Shown: one piece after another, positions 1-11,260 of the stretch
Layout of the letters: every line of letters starts with the position of its first letter
Numbering within the stretch: the stretch's first letter is position 1
DNA from: Rhynchopus sp. YZ270_cl-10
Lineage: Eukaryota
NCBI GenBank assembly: GCA_964035575.1
Contig: OZ037837.1
Span: 744,001-808,000 of the forward strand
Direction of reading: 5' to 3'
Length of the DNA stretch: 64,000 nt
Program-made: the position numbers and the translations under genes
The notes under the pieces: generated by a model
Databases searched by the model: none
What the model was told of the DNA's origin: nothing
Seen by the model: the letters and a program-made list of their open reading frames with translations, nothing else

Positions 1-913
1 AAGAGTTGAGCAGAGTCACGGGGCAGGATGCTTCGCATCGGTTGGCAGTGTCACGTGCTCAGTCACCTTGATCACAATCGGTTTTATGTAGAAAGGTGAA
101 CCCACCTTTGCAGTATTGGTGAGAGGAAAAAGTCAGGGTAGTCTGGGGGTGGAAACACATCAAGAATGAGTAGTACTGAACGTAACAAAGGGAGGAGGAG
201 GGACTCAGGGGAGGGATCCGGTGGACTACTAGTGGAACCACTGGACTCACTGAAAACAAAAGCAACATTTTTAAAAACAAATATCTTGGGTGTGTTAGAC
301 AGGCGCGTATCGTGGTATCGAACACTTTACTTTTGTTGGTAACAAACACCTTAAAACGATGAATCTGCCTTTCGTGCATACATCGACTAAATATGAGAGA
401 AAATGGGGGGGAAATGGGTTGGAATTCAAAAAGGGGAGAAAATGTGAAATACAAAGCCCCCTCGTGGCAGTGCACCTTTAAAAGGAAGAAAGAACCCGTG
501 AATAACGAATGGGTCTGGGGGAAATGGCCTGGCATGTTTCAAAAGGGGCATGGTTGTTGGAAATCATCGCGAGATTGGGCGGTTTTCTGGTAACAACGTG
601 GACAGGAAAGAATAAAATTTGAAAAGTGAATGTCCCCCATAGCACATTCAGAAAAAGCTGGCGTTCGTAACGAATAGTGCTAAACTAGTAGTGTTACAGG
701 TGTAACACTAGTCGTAAAAACACTAGTCATTTGAGCCAGTAGCATAACTAGTGGTCCCTTTGACTCATCCGCCGTGATCAAGTAGTCGTGGGAGGCTCAA
801 CAACTGCAACAACCATCCTCTGCCCAGGTACCAGGTACAGGGCCTTTGTGGATGTGTTACTGCTGCTTCGAGAGGGTGCGTCACTTTATTGACATTTGAT
901 CAAAAGGAAAAAG

Positions 914-957
914 AAAAGTTTATACGATGATCCCAAGCCTCTCGTGCTTAGTCACCT
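914..957 (-). repeat. Dispersed ~44-bp stem-loop motif (copy 1 of 4; others 14181-14224, 27788-27831, 28662-28705)
   Basis: AAAAGTTTATA(C/A)GATGATCCCAAGCCTCTCGTGCTTAGTCACCT is nearly identical in four places. Confidence 0.85.
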
Positions 958-1368
958 GAGAAAAATATTGAGCGCGCTGCAAACACTACTGTGCTGGCAG
1001 GAAGCGACGACAAACAAAGAAACAGAGCGAAAGACTCGTCGCATTGCACCACAGAGAAGCCATTCCGCACAGAAAACACACACACAGACAACCCTTTAGG
1101 AAGCATAGACAACCCTGTAGAAGCATGCCACATTCACATTTGATGAAAAGTTATGACCAACCTAAAACTATAAACAGAATCTGCAAACACGTCTGTCCGG
1201 TCACGTGTCGTTCCCTCACCCCCCTTCTTGTAGTGGTCGATGCGTTGACGCTTCAAAGTTCTGCATGGCTTGCTTGCACAAACAGGCGGGCTGGGAGGAG
1301 GTGGTGGTGAGTACTACACAGTGAAGTGCAGGTACTCATATACACGCTGTCAACACGACACACGTAAC

Positions 1369-2688
1369 TCACGTCATCTCTACCTCCTTCATCATCAAAC
1401 TCTCTTTCGTCGCATTCAACCACAGTTGCTTCCTCAGTCCTCGAACAGACCAGCATCTGTGCGTAAGTAGCACCCCTGCCAGCACCACTACTGCCAGCAC
1501 TACAACCAGAAGTGGAACAGCTATTGGTGTTGCCTGTGTCTTGTCCCGACATGTGCTGAAGCTGAAGTTCGCCACCACACCGTCGAGGGGCACATCCCCA
1601 GGGAACGTGCTCGTGTAGATGTGGTTGTCGGTGCGTGTGTCAAGTACTGGGAGCGGACCTGAGGCAGAGACACGTTCAACACCATCGATGAAGAGCTGTG
1701 CAAAGCCTGTGACATGTGACGTCGCCGTCACGACAAGCACCATATGCATGAAGACACCGCAGCACGGTCCCGGCACAGGGTCGACGAAGATGATGTGCTG
1801 TGTACCCTGCCACACGTGGTACCCCCACTGGCCCTCGGCGTTGATGGTGAGGATCACGTTGTTCTTCTCCATCCCATTCGAGAACTCGAAGACACGTCCC
1901 ATCCAGGCAACCTTGTCCACCCGCACGTCTGCCTCCATGATGAAGCCGTCCCCTCCCAACGTGAGTGGTGCGTTGCTGACAAACTCAGACGAGTCAGTGA
2001 ACTGTGTGATGAGGACTGGATCCTCACACGGCAGGACTACTGGTGCTGTTGCCTGTGTCTTGGCCCGACATGTGCTGAAGCTGAAGTTCGCCACCACACC
2101 GTCGAGGGGCACATCCCCAGGGAACGTGCTCGTGTAGATGTGGTTGTCGGTGCGTGTGTCAAGTACTGGGAGCGGACCTGAGGCAGAGACACGTTCAACA
2201 CCATCGATGAAGAGCTGTGCAAAGCCTGTGACATGTGACGTCGCCGTCACGACAAGCACCATATGCATGAAGACACCGCAGCACGGTCCCGGCACAGGGT
2301 CGACGAAGATGATGTGCTGTGTACCCTGCCACACGTGGTACCCCCACTGGCCCTCGGCGTTGATGGTGAGGATCACGTTGTTCTTCTCCATCCCATTCGA
2401 GAACTCGAAGACACGTCCCATCCAGGCAACCTTGTCCACCCGCACGTCTGCCTCCATGATGAAGCCGTCCCCTCCCAACGTGAGTGGTGCGTTGCTGACA
2501 AACTCAGACGAGTCAGTGAACTGTGTGATGAGGACTGGATCCTCACACGGCAGGACTACTGGTGCTGCTGTTGCTGTTGGTGCAACCCTGCTTTTCCCGT
2601 GCACCGTGCTGGCCAGTGAAGCCTCTGCCAGAAGAGACAGCAGCACAAAGGCTGTGGTGTGCTTCCCCCGCTGACATGTTGTTGACAT
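1369..2688 (-). CDS. Type I membrane protein with two identical LamG/concanavalin-like domains
   Basis: Likely ATG at 2688 (MSTTCQRG...AFVLLSLLAEASLA, signal-like). Motifs RVFEFSNGMEKNNVIL, MHMVLVV, AQLFIDGVE and LDGVVANF fit LamG-3. Internal repeat period is 519 bp. C-terminal TM IAVPLLVVVLAVVVLAGVLL. Confidence 0.75.
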   Translation of the reverse strand: MSTTCQRGKHTTAFVLLSLLAEASLASTVHGKSRVAPTATAAPVVLPCEDPVLITQFTDSSEFVSNAPLTLGGDGFIMEADVRVDKVAWMGRVFEFSNGMEKNNVILTINAEGQWGYHVWQGTQHIIFVDPVPGPCCGVFMHMVLVVTATSHVTGFAQLFIDGVERVSASGPLPVLDTRTDNHIYTSTFPGDVPLDGVVANFSFSTCRAKTQATAPVVLPCEDPVLITQFTDSSEFVSNAPLTLGGDGFIMEADVRVDKVAWMGRVFEFSNGMEKNNVILTINAEGQWGYHVWQGTQHIIFVDPVPGPCCGVFMHMVLVVTATSHVTGFAQLFIDGVERVSASGPLPVLDTRTDNHIYTSTFPGDVPLDGVVANFSFSTCRDKTQATPIAVPLLVVVLAVVVLAGVLLTHRCWSVRGLRKQLWLNATKESLMMKEVEMT

Positions 2689-3065
2689 TGTGGTACCTGG
2701 GTGGTGTGGTGTGGTTGTGTGGTGAGAAGACGGGGGGGGGGACAAGCACACAACACCCGACCAGCCTGCCTGCCCTCTCCCCACTGCCACCGGCAACATG
2801 GCGTCCTCTGCCATCTGGGTGGTGTCGTCTCACCAGAAGAGTTGAGCAGAGCACAGTGGAGAGGGTGTATGTTGTATGTCTGTAAAGGTTTATGAACAGT
2901 AGGTACCAAAGGAGTACATAGTTGATACAGTCAGGACCTCTGACTGACTCACGATGTTCACTCAAGGACACTAATTCGAGCGATCAACGAAAAAACTCTC
3001 TCTTTTTCCTTGTTTTCGCTTCTTTTGACTGAATATCTATCTAAAAAAGGGTTTTGTTTTTATGA

Positions 3066-3258
3066 AATGCTAAAAGGAAATTGAACACCGTACTCCAACT
3101 CCCTTCCTTTTTCTATTCTGAGGTGGGTTGGAGTAGAGCCACACTTCACCGAGAGGTCGAGGTGTGTGCGTTTCACCACAACCTCTCCCTTTTGTCTTTA
3201 TTGTTTGCGGGGGTGGGGAAACAACAAAAAGGAAAAGTAGGAGTGCGGTTTCAATTTT
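3066..3258. repeat. Dispersed ~200-bp interspersed repeat (SINE/SIDER-like), copy 1
   Basis: Near-identical copy at 7825-8018. Partial copies at ~13375-13470 and ~29218-29307. Reverse copies at ~40865-40940, 49490-49850, 52455-52680, 54300-54510 and 57320-57500. Confidence 0.8.
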
Positions 3259-3978
3259 TATACCCCCCCTGTTTTTTTGACGAATTGTTGGAATAGTGTA
3301 GTTGCCATCTGAGCAAGCTGTCCACTGTCTTTTTTTGTTGTATCGACAATCACGTTATACCTACTGGTATAACGATCAGTACTCAATGTCAATGTCGGAC
3401 GAAGCCTATGTACTACAGAAGATTTGGGTCAGCGGGGGGGGGGGCTTTTTTTTCATACCTAAAGCGTAGCTTAAAGGAGAAATAGTTCCTCAGATACGGT
3501 CGCCAATCACCCCTCCAACAGGGTAATTGTGCAATCAACGAAAAAACCTTTTTTTTCCCTTTTACTTACCTATCAGAGTTACTATTTTTCATGGTTCTGG
3601 ACGTTTAGGAACCGGACGAGTTAGCGAGAGGCCTGCTGAAATACCATCGAAGCGTCTCCAGGAGTCTCGGGGAGCAATGTATGAATGGGGAGGGGAGGGG
3701 AGGGGAGGGGAAGGGAGGGGAGGAAAGGCAAAGATAATAAATAAACACAAACATGCAACGCCCTTCGGATGATTGGTTGCGCTCAATGAACGACTCCAAA
3801 AGTCCATGACTGATGCACTTTGATGCAATGATGTTCCCTTAAATTTTTATGTGCACAAAAACACGACACAAAAAACAAATACAAATAAATCAAAACGAAA
3901 CTAAAAGGCTTTCCGATGATGGGCCAAATCATATAGAAATACTTCAACAAAAAATAATAAAAGGGTAAAAGTCAAATA

Positions 3979-4078
3979 CCGTAATCGTAAAAATGTTAGA
4001 CCGTAAAAAGGGTCGAACTTCTCGAAAAATCCTGAAAAGGTCGAACATTAGTTCGGTCTATAATTTTTACGATTACGG
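3979..4078. mobile_element. 100-bp MITE with TA target duplication (Tc1/mariner-like), nested in a second small TIR element (~3963-4128)
   Basis: TA|CCGTAATCGTAAAAAT...ATTTTTACGATTACGG|TA. Outer ends are GGGTAAAAGTCAAA...TTTGACTTTCACCC. Confidence 0.7.
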
Positions 4079-5090
4079 TATATACAGGGTTATCGTCAGA
4101 TCTATGTATATATTTTGACTTTCACCCAAATAAAAAATGGCAGTTGGTGATGCAGGCACCTCTTCCGACTGAACTACGCATGAAGCCAGCCCGGATGAAA
4201 GCACAAGGAACCCGCAGCCAACAACAGAAGCTTAAAAAAGGAAGCCAAATGTGTTACCCGCACCGTAGGTGTGAACGGGGTCGGGTACATCAGCCGGCGG
4301 CCCCCCTTCTGCTTGAGAGTTACACCCCGGGCTAGCAGGGGGTTCGCGCTCCGTTTCTGGGAGCTTGTTGCCTCATCAGTGTGCTTCCCTCGTGTTGATG
4401 GGGCAGTTCTTTTCATTCTTTTGTTGTTAAAAATTTGTTTATCAGTTTAGAGACAGAGGATGGCCCCACTGATCGTAATTACACCCAAAAAAAGATAAAC
4501 GAGAGCCTACAGTGCAGGGTTCGGGTGCATGCATTAGACTCTGTGCTGTAGGTAATCGCGGCTAGACGCTGGCACTGCCGGGGCGGGTTCCAGACCACTC
4601 AAGACGGAGGATCTTTTCCCTCTTCATATTGATGTTCATTTCGAAGGGGCTACACAGACAGCACGCAACAGAGAAAGGGGTGACATTGTTTTTGTCAGGA
4701 ACAATTGATCTAATATTTAGGTGGGAAAAAGAAAAAGAGAAGCAAAAAAAAAAAAAAAAAAAATGAAAAGAAGGAGTAAGCAAGATGACGAAAGTCTCGT
4801 GGTACAATAAAAAGTCATCTTCACCTTAAAATCCATGACTATTAAAAAATAAACCCTTTTTTTGTACCAGTCTGCCACGGTACTATAAATCAGGTAAGAC
4901 GAGCATAAGTTCCACCTACATCACAATAAACACTGTGATAGGCAACAATATATTGGTACAGAAGAACTGCCTCATTTGCTGTACCTACTTTTGAAAATTG
5001 GTCCTGGAAATACATTGATGCATTTGAACGTTTTTTTTTTTGGGAATAAAAATTGGACCTTTTTGACCCAATATAATTGGGAGCACTGCA

Positions 5091-7391
5091 TCACATGATC
5101 ACCAGCTCTGTGTTGCCTTCTCTTGAGTCGGTATCTGATATGAGTGCGTCAGCCTTTTGGTGTCGCGCCAACCTCTTGCCGTTGTACGACAGCAGCATGA
5201 AGGTGGCACCGGTCAGGAGACACAACGCCACGAAGACTCCTCCCATTATCATGAGCGGCGCAGGGCCACTATCCCCGCCACCACCACCATCAGCACCACC
5301 CACAGTATTGCACTTCGTCACCCTCTCGGCACGGTCTTTGAACTGCAGTAGCGCACCCTCAGTGGTGGCAACGTAGAGCACACCACGGTCCTCAATTAGC
5401 CCCACAGTTGGCGATGCTGTCTCGAGTTTGTATATGACGGAAGGCACTCCGTCTGTGATGCCCACCACACTGATGCTGTCTGGACCCAGAATGTAGACGC
5501 CGTCTTGCACGATGAGTTGTCCAGAGGCAGCGATGTGGCCAGATTCACGGAGTGTGGGTGGCTTGTCGGTCGTGTTTGTCTGCAGGGTGACAAGACTGCC
5601 GGTGTCGGTGGTGGCAAGAAGTTGATGGCCCGATGCGTGCAGGGAGGTGAAGCTGTGTGGAAAGGTTTGGCTTGATACATATTCCGGTATGGTGGAGACG
5701 TTGACAACAACGAGCGTGCTGCCAATCGATGCATAGAGGGTGCCACCAGAGACAGACAGGCAGACCACTGCGTCAGGCGAGAGGGAGTGGTGGACCTCGA
5801 TGGTCCCCACCTCGCGCATGTGATGTGCTTCGAGGGTCCACATCATCAGGACAGCAGTCTGCTGTGTATTTACGACAGCAAAGACAGTCATGTCTGCTTG
5901 CGTCCAGCTGAGGATAGCTTCGCTGCTGGTCAGGCCGCTGGAGAGGAGACGTGGTGGGCCGGCACCGAAGCTGATGACCTGGAGGCTGGCCCCGCACTGT
6001 GTGACACCGTAGGTTCCGTTTGCAGAGAAGGTCAGGCCGGCGCATGCACCCTGCAGCGGTACGGTGCTCGCAAGCGAGGCGTTCTGTGCGTCTGCGTGCA
6101 GTGTGTACAGTGCCTCCCCTCCGAGGGCGTACAGCACACCACACACCTCAGGCCGTGCTGCCAGTGTGCGCAGGCTGCTGCTCCGTGTCAGAAACGTCGG
6201 TCCCGACACAGGTTTGTCATAGAAGGAGTCGTGCACCGGTGGCGTTGTTGCCCCAGGGGCGGCGGTCTCGCCAGAGGGCAGGTCGGTGTGTGGTGGTGGT
6301 TGTGTCGCAGGTGCGGGCGCGTCTGTGCCTGGTGGTGTTGGTGTGGTTGTGTGGGGTGACGTTGTCTCAGACATGGAGGGTGTAAGTGCAGGCGGGTGTG
6401 TCGCAGGTGCAGTTGTGGCAGGTGTGATTGTAGCAGGTGCTGTTGTGTGTGGTGCAGCTGTACCTGGTGGAGCGACTGTCGATGCTGACGTTGTTGGTGA
6501 AGCTGTGGGGGACACTGTCAACGGCATGTCCGTCGGTGGCAGTGTTGGTGTGGCTGTGTCTGGCGGCAGTGTTACGGGAGGCGATGTGAGCGGTGCTGGC
6601 GTGTGTGGCACATCTGTCGGTGCCGTTGTTTCCTGTGCTGCGGGCATCGTGGTCACCGGCACTGTCACCACACGCTCCATCAGAAGACCACCAGTGCCGT
6701 TCTGCAGGTCCGGGTGCACAAACGTCTCGGGGTCGTAGTACCAAGCACCCACTTCATTTGTCTTAATTTCATTGACTTGTATGTGGTAATGGAACCCAAC
6801 ACACTTGTCGTCAGACAAGCAAACAGCTTTGCAGTACGCCACAGGGCCAGCAGCATCGTACAGAGGAGTCGTACTATTGACACCCTTACCATTGACAACG
6901 TTAACAACCAGGTCTCGCTGAATGTAAAACGGGCCCTTCACGTGGTCCACACAGGGGTACTCAATCCAGCCGTCCACAGCAGGCAGGGGTGTTGGGTCAC
7001 ACGCAGTCGGTGCTGGTACGGGCACCACACGCTCCATCAGAAGACCACCAGTGCCGTTCTGCAGGTCCGGGTTCACAAACGTCTCGGGGTCGTAGTACCA
7101 AGCACCCACTTCATTTGTCTTTTTTTCATTGACTTGTATGTGGTAATGGAACCCAACACACTTGTCGTCAGCCAAGCAAACAGCTTTGCAGTACGCCACA
7201 GGGCCAGCAGCATCGTACAGAGGAACACCCTTTTCAGTGACAAGGTCTCGCTGACTGTAAGCCGGGCCCTTCACGTGGTCCACACAGGGGTACTCAATCC
7301 AGCCGTCCACAGGAGGCAGGGGTGTTGGGTCACATATTGGAGTGGTTGTGATGGAGGTAGCCGCACAAAGAAGTGCGAGGAAGGAGGCCAT
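5091..7391 (-). CDS. Surface type I membrane protein: 2x PAN/Apple-like Cys domain, T/P-rich mucin stalk, beta-rich domain, TM
   Basis: 766-aa ORF with signal peptide MASFLALLCAA, a duplicated domain containing YCKAVCLADDKCVGFHYH, a TAPATT stalk, and TM LMIMGGVFVALCLLTGATFMLL. Confidence 0.8.
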   Translation of the reverse strand: MASFLALLCAATSITTTPICDPTPLPPVDGWIEYPCVDHVKGPAYSQRDLVTEKGVPLYDAAGPVAYCKAVCLADDKCVGFHYHIQVNEKKTNEVGAWYYDPETFVNPDLQNGTGGLLMERVVPVPAPTACDPTPLPAVDGWIEYPCVDHVKGPFYIQRDLVVNVVNGKGVNSTTPLYDAAGPVAYCKAVCLSDDKCVGFHYHIQVNEIKTNEVGAWYYDPETFVHPDLQNGTGGLLMERVVTVPVTTMPAAQETTAPTDVPHTPAPLTSPPVTLPPDTATPTLPPTDMPLTVSPTASPTTSASTVAPPGTAAPHTTAPATITPATTAPATHPPALTPSMSETTSPHTTTPTPPGTDAPAPATQPPPHTDLPSGETAAPGATTPPVHDSFYDKPVSGPTFLTRSSSLRTLAARPEVCGVLYALGGEALYTLHADAQNASLASTVPLQGACAGLTFSANGTYGVTQCGASLQVISFGAGPPRLLSSGLTSSEAILSWTQADMTVFAVVNTQQTAVLMMWTLEAHHMREVGTIEVHHSLSPDAVVCLSVSGGTLYASIGSTLVVVNVSTIPEYVSSQTFPHSFTSLHASGHQLLATTDTGSLVTLQTNTTDKPPTLRESGHIAASGQLIVQDGVYILGPDSISVVGITDGVPSVIYKLETASPTVGLIEDRGVLYVATTEGALLQFKDRAERVTKCNTVGGADGGGGGDSGPAPLMIMGGVFVALCLLTGATFMLLSYNGKRLARHQKADALISDTDSREGNTELVIM

Positions 7392-8518
7392 CTCCCAACC
7401 TTCCTGTAGGGTGGGTGTGTGGGCGTGGGCTGTGACCCTACAGGGGTTGAAGGAATGTGGTGGGCAAAGGGCGGGGAGGTACTTTAGAAGGAAGCACGCA
7501 AATGCAAAACACCATCAAGATCTGCTCAAGCGGAACAGATCTATCAGCACCACGGTCAGCCACGGTACTATAAATCAGGTAAGACAAGCATAAGTTCCAC
7601 CTACGTCACAATAAACACTGTGACAGGCAACAATATATTGGTACAGAAGAACTGCCTCATTTGCTGCTGTACCTACTTTTGAAAATTGGTCCTGGAAATA
7701 CATTGATGCATTTGAACGTTTTTTTGGGAATAAAAATTGGACCTTTTTTTCTCCATAATTTTGATGTGGGTGGCACACATACATCACATAAGGTTGTCTT
7801 TTCAATGATTATATGATTACACGCAATGCTAAAAAGGAAATTGAACACCGTACCCCAACTCCCTTCCTTTTTCTATTCTGGGGCGGGTTGGAGTAGAGCC
7901 ACATTTCACCGACAGGTCGAAGTGTGTGCGTTTCACCACAACCTCTCCCTTTTTGTCTTTATTGTTTGCGGGGGTGGGGAAACAACAAAAAGGAAAAGTA
8001 GGAGTGCGGTTCAATTTTCCTATGCTACTCATTTCACAGTCGGGTAGCTAAGAACATGGTGATGTAATCGTCATAGAAGGACAGCAGCCCCAGAATTCCT
8101 GAACCCCGCTCCACTGTGGTAGTGCCTGGGTCCAAATAAAACAAAGTATTGACTTGAAACACAACAGCCCTTTCGTGAACAGTGTATCTTTACATCTGAT
8201 ATGTGCCACTCCCTCTTCCACTCATGCCATATGAATGAAATGCTAGTGGCGAACACGAGGGTAATTAGGCCTGCGTGGAAACATAAACATAAACAAAACA
8301 AAACAGAACAAACCAAAGAATTTGAAAGTGCAAACACCTCAGCCGGACACAGAGCACAGGTTCTCCGCGGGTTATCAAACCCCACAGAGAGAAACGAAAG
8401 CAAAATACCCTGAAACAGACCTCAAAGCTAAAAAAATGAACCTTTCTTTTTCCCTGGCCCAATATATTGGGAAGCACACTACGTTCAGAATAAAGATAGT
8501 AGTGCATTCTTCCCCGTA

Positions 8519-8664
8519 CACAACGGGACCCAGTGACAAGTGACTAGTGAAAATGACAAGTGAAATGACAAATAAGTGAGAAATGAGCCACTTGTCATGA
8601 CAAGTGCTTTACTTTTCATTCACTTGTCATTTTCCCTTGTCACTTTCCACTGGGTATCGTCGTG
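8519..8664. mobile_element. 146-bp MITE with CAC...GTG termini and 2-bp (TA) duplication
   Basis: CACAACGGGACCCAGTG...CACTGGGTATCGTCGTG with internal inverted TGACAAGTG repeats. Confidence 0.6.
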
Positions 8665-8725
8665 TACCCCTCTCCCCTCCCTCTCCCCTCTCCCCCCTCC
8701 CCTGCAACACACAAAACACACTGCA

Positions 8726-11260
8726 CTACTTCATCACCATCTCTGTGTTGCCTTCTCTTGAGTCGGTATCTGATATGAGTGCGTCAGCCTTTTGGTGTTG
8801 CGCCAACCTCTTGCTGTTGTACCACAGCAGCATGAAGATGGCACCAGTCAGGAGACACAACGCCACGAAGACTCCTCCCATTATCATGAGCGGCGCAGGG
8901 CCACTATCCCCGCCGCCACCACCACCACCATCATCACCACCCACAGTGTTGCACTTCGTCACCCTCTCGGCACGGTCTTTGAACTGCAGTAGCGCACCCG
9001 CAGTGGTGGCAACGTAGAGCACACCACGGTCCTCAATTAGCCCCACAGTTGGCGATGCTGTCTCGAGTTTGTATATGACGGAAGGCACTCCGTCTGTGAT
9101 GCCCACCACACTGATGCTGTCTGGACCCAGAATGTAGACACCGTCTTGCACGATGAGTTGTCCAGAGGCAGCGATGTGGCCAGATTCACGGAGTGTGGGT
9201 GGTTTGTCGGTCGTGTTTGTCTGCAGGGTGATAAGACTGCCGGTGTCGGTGGTGGCAAGAAGTTGATGGCCCGATGCGTGCAGGGAGGTGAAGCTGTGTG
9301 GAAAGGTTTGGCTTGATACGTATTCCGGTATGGTGGAGACGTTGACAACAACGAGCGTGCTGCCAATCGATGCATAGAGGGTGCCACCAGAGACAGACAG
9401 GCAGACCACTGCGTCAGGCGAGAGGGAGTGGTGGACCTCGATGGTCCCCACCTCGCGCATGTGATGTGCTTCGAGGGTCCACATCATCAGGACAGCAGTC
9501 TGCTGTGTATTTACGACAGCAAAGACAGTCATGTCTGCTTGCGTCCAGCTGAGGATAGCTTCGCTGCTGGTCAGGCCGCTGGAGAGGAGACGTGGTGGGC
9601 CGGCACCGAAGCTGATGACCTGGAGGCTGGCCCCGCACTGTGTGACACCGTAGGTTCCGTTTGCGGAGAAGGTCAGGCCGGCGCATGCACCCTGCAGCGG
9701 TACGGTGCTCGCAAGCGAGGCGTTCTGTGCGTCTGCGTGCAGTGTGTACAGTGCCTCCCCTCCGATGGCGTACAGCACACCACACACCCCAGGCCGTGCT
9801 GCCAGGGTGCGAAGGCTGCTGCTCCGTGTCAGAAACGTCGGTCCCGACACAGGTTTGTCATAGAAGGAGTCGTGCACCGGTGGCGTTGTTGCCCCAGGGG
9901 CGGCGGTCTCGCCAGAGGGCAGGTCGGTGTGTGGTGGTGGTTGTGTCGCAGGTGCGGGTGCGTCTGTGCCTGGTGGTGTTGGTGTGGTTGTGTCGGGTGA
10001 CGTTGTCTCAGACATGGAGGGTGTGCCAGTGGGAAGTGCAGGCGGCTGTGTCGCAGGTACTGATGTGGCAGGTGCCGTTGTGTGTGGTGCTGTACCTGGT
10101 GGAGCGACTGTCGGCGCTGACGTTGGTGAAGCTGTGGGGGACGCTGTCAACGGCATGTACGTCGGTGACAAGGTTGGTGTGGTTGTGTCGGGTGACGTTG
10201 TCTCAGACATGGAGGGTGCGTCAGTGGGAAGTGCAGGCGGCTGTGTCGCAGGTGCAGTTGTGGCAGGTGTGATTGTCGCAGGTGCCGTTGTGTGTGGTGC
10301 ATCTGTACCTGGTGGAGCGACTGTCGATGCTGACGTTGTTGGTGAAGCTGTGGGGGACACTGTCAACGGCATGTCCGTCGGTGGCAGTGTTGGTGTGGCT
10401 GTGTCTGGCGGCAGTGTTACGGGAGGCGATGTGAGCGGTGCTGGTGTGTGTGGCACATCTGTCGGTGCCGTTGTTTCCTGTGCTGCGGGCATCGTGGTCA
10501 CCGGCACTGTCATCACACACTCCATCAGAAGACCACCAGTGCCGTTCTGCAGGTTCGGGTTCACAAACGTCTCGGGGTCGTGGTACCAAGCACCCACTTC
10601 ATTTGTCTTATTTTCATTGACTTGTTTGTGGTAATGGAACCCGACACACTTGTCGTCAGACAAGCAAACAGCTTTGCAGTACGCCACAGGGCCAGCATCA
10701 TCGTACAGAGGAACACCATTACTGATTAGGTCTACCTGTGAGTAAGTCACACTCTTCACGTGGTCCACACAGGGGTACTCAATCCAGCCGTCCACAGCAG
10801 GCAGGGGTGTTGGGTCACACGCAGTCGGTGCTGGTGTGTGTGGCACATCTGTTGGTGCCGTTGTTTCCTGTGCTGCGGGCATCGTGGTCACCGGCACTGT
10901 CATCACACGCTCCATCAGAAGACCACCAGTACCGTTCTGCAGGTTCGGGTTCACAAACGTTGTGGGGTCGTAGTACCAAACACCCACTTCATGTGTGTGA
11001 TTTTGATTGTGGTAGTGGAACCCGACACACTTATCGTCAGCCAAGCAAATAGCTTTGCAGTACGCCACAGGGCCAGCAGCATCGTACAGAGGAACACCCT
11101 TTTCAGTGACAAGGTCTCGCTGACTGTAAGCCGGGCCCTTCACGTGGTCCACACAGGGGTACTCAATCCAGCCGTCCACAGGAGGCAGGGGTGTTGGGTC
11201 ACATATTGGAGTGGTTGTGACGGAGGTAGCTGCACAAAGAAGTGCGAGGAAGGAGGCCAT
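8726..11260 (-). CDS. Tandem paralogue of the 5091-7391 surface protein (844 aa)
   Basis: Nearly identical C-terminal half and the same signal peptide; longer stalk and a differently arranged N-terminal repeat. Confidence 0.8.
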   Translation of the reverse strand: MASFLALLCAATSVTTTPICDPTPLPPVDGWIEYPCVDHVKGPAYSQRDLVTEKGVPLYDAAGPVAYCKAICLADDKCVGFHYHNQNHTHEVGVWYYDPTTFVNPNLQNGTGGLLMERVMTVPVTTMPAAQETTAPTDVPHTPAPTACDPTPLPAVDGWIEYPCVDHVKSVTYSQVDLISNGVPLYDDAGPVAYCKAVCLSDDKCVGFHYHKQVNENKTNEVGAWYHDPETFVNPNLQNGTGGLLMECVMTVPVTTMPAAQETTAPTDVPHTPAPLTSPPVTLPPDTATPTLPPTDMPLTVSPTASPTTSASTVAPPGTDAPHTTAPATITPATTAPATQPPALPTDAPSMSETTSPDTTTPTLSPTYMPLTASPTASPTSAPTVAPPGTAPHTTAPATSVPATQPPALPTGTPSMSETTSPDTTTPTPPGTDAPAPATQPPPHTDLPSGETAAPGATTPPVHDSFYDKPVSGPTFLTRSSSLRTLAARPGVCGVLYAIGGEALYTLHADAQNASLASTVPLQGACAGLTFSANGTYGVTQCGASLQVISFGAGPPRLLSSGLTSSEAILSWTQADMTVFAVVNTQQTAVLMMWTLEAHHMREVGTIEVHHSLSPDAVVCLSVSGGTLYASIGSTLVVVNVSTIPEYVSSQTFPHSFTSLHASGHQLLATTDTGSLITLQTNTTDKPPTLRESGHIAASGQLIVQDGVYILGPDSISVVGITDGVPSVIYKLETASPTVGLIEDRGVLYVATTAGALLQFKDRAERVTKCNTVGGDDGGGGGGGDSGPAPLMIMGGVFVALCLLTGAIFMLLWYNSKRLAQHQKADALISDTDSREGNTEMVMK

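Noticed and set aside
4340..4390. CTGATGA...GAAAC hammerhead-like core on the minus strand
   Set aside because: Could not build convincing stems I and II by eye; needs an Infernal search.
6286..10634. Plus-strand G/V/A-rich ORFs opposite the surface proteins, and similar antisense ORFs over other genes
   Set aside because: Shadow frames of T/P-rich or GC-rich real genes.
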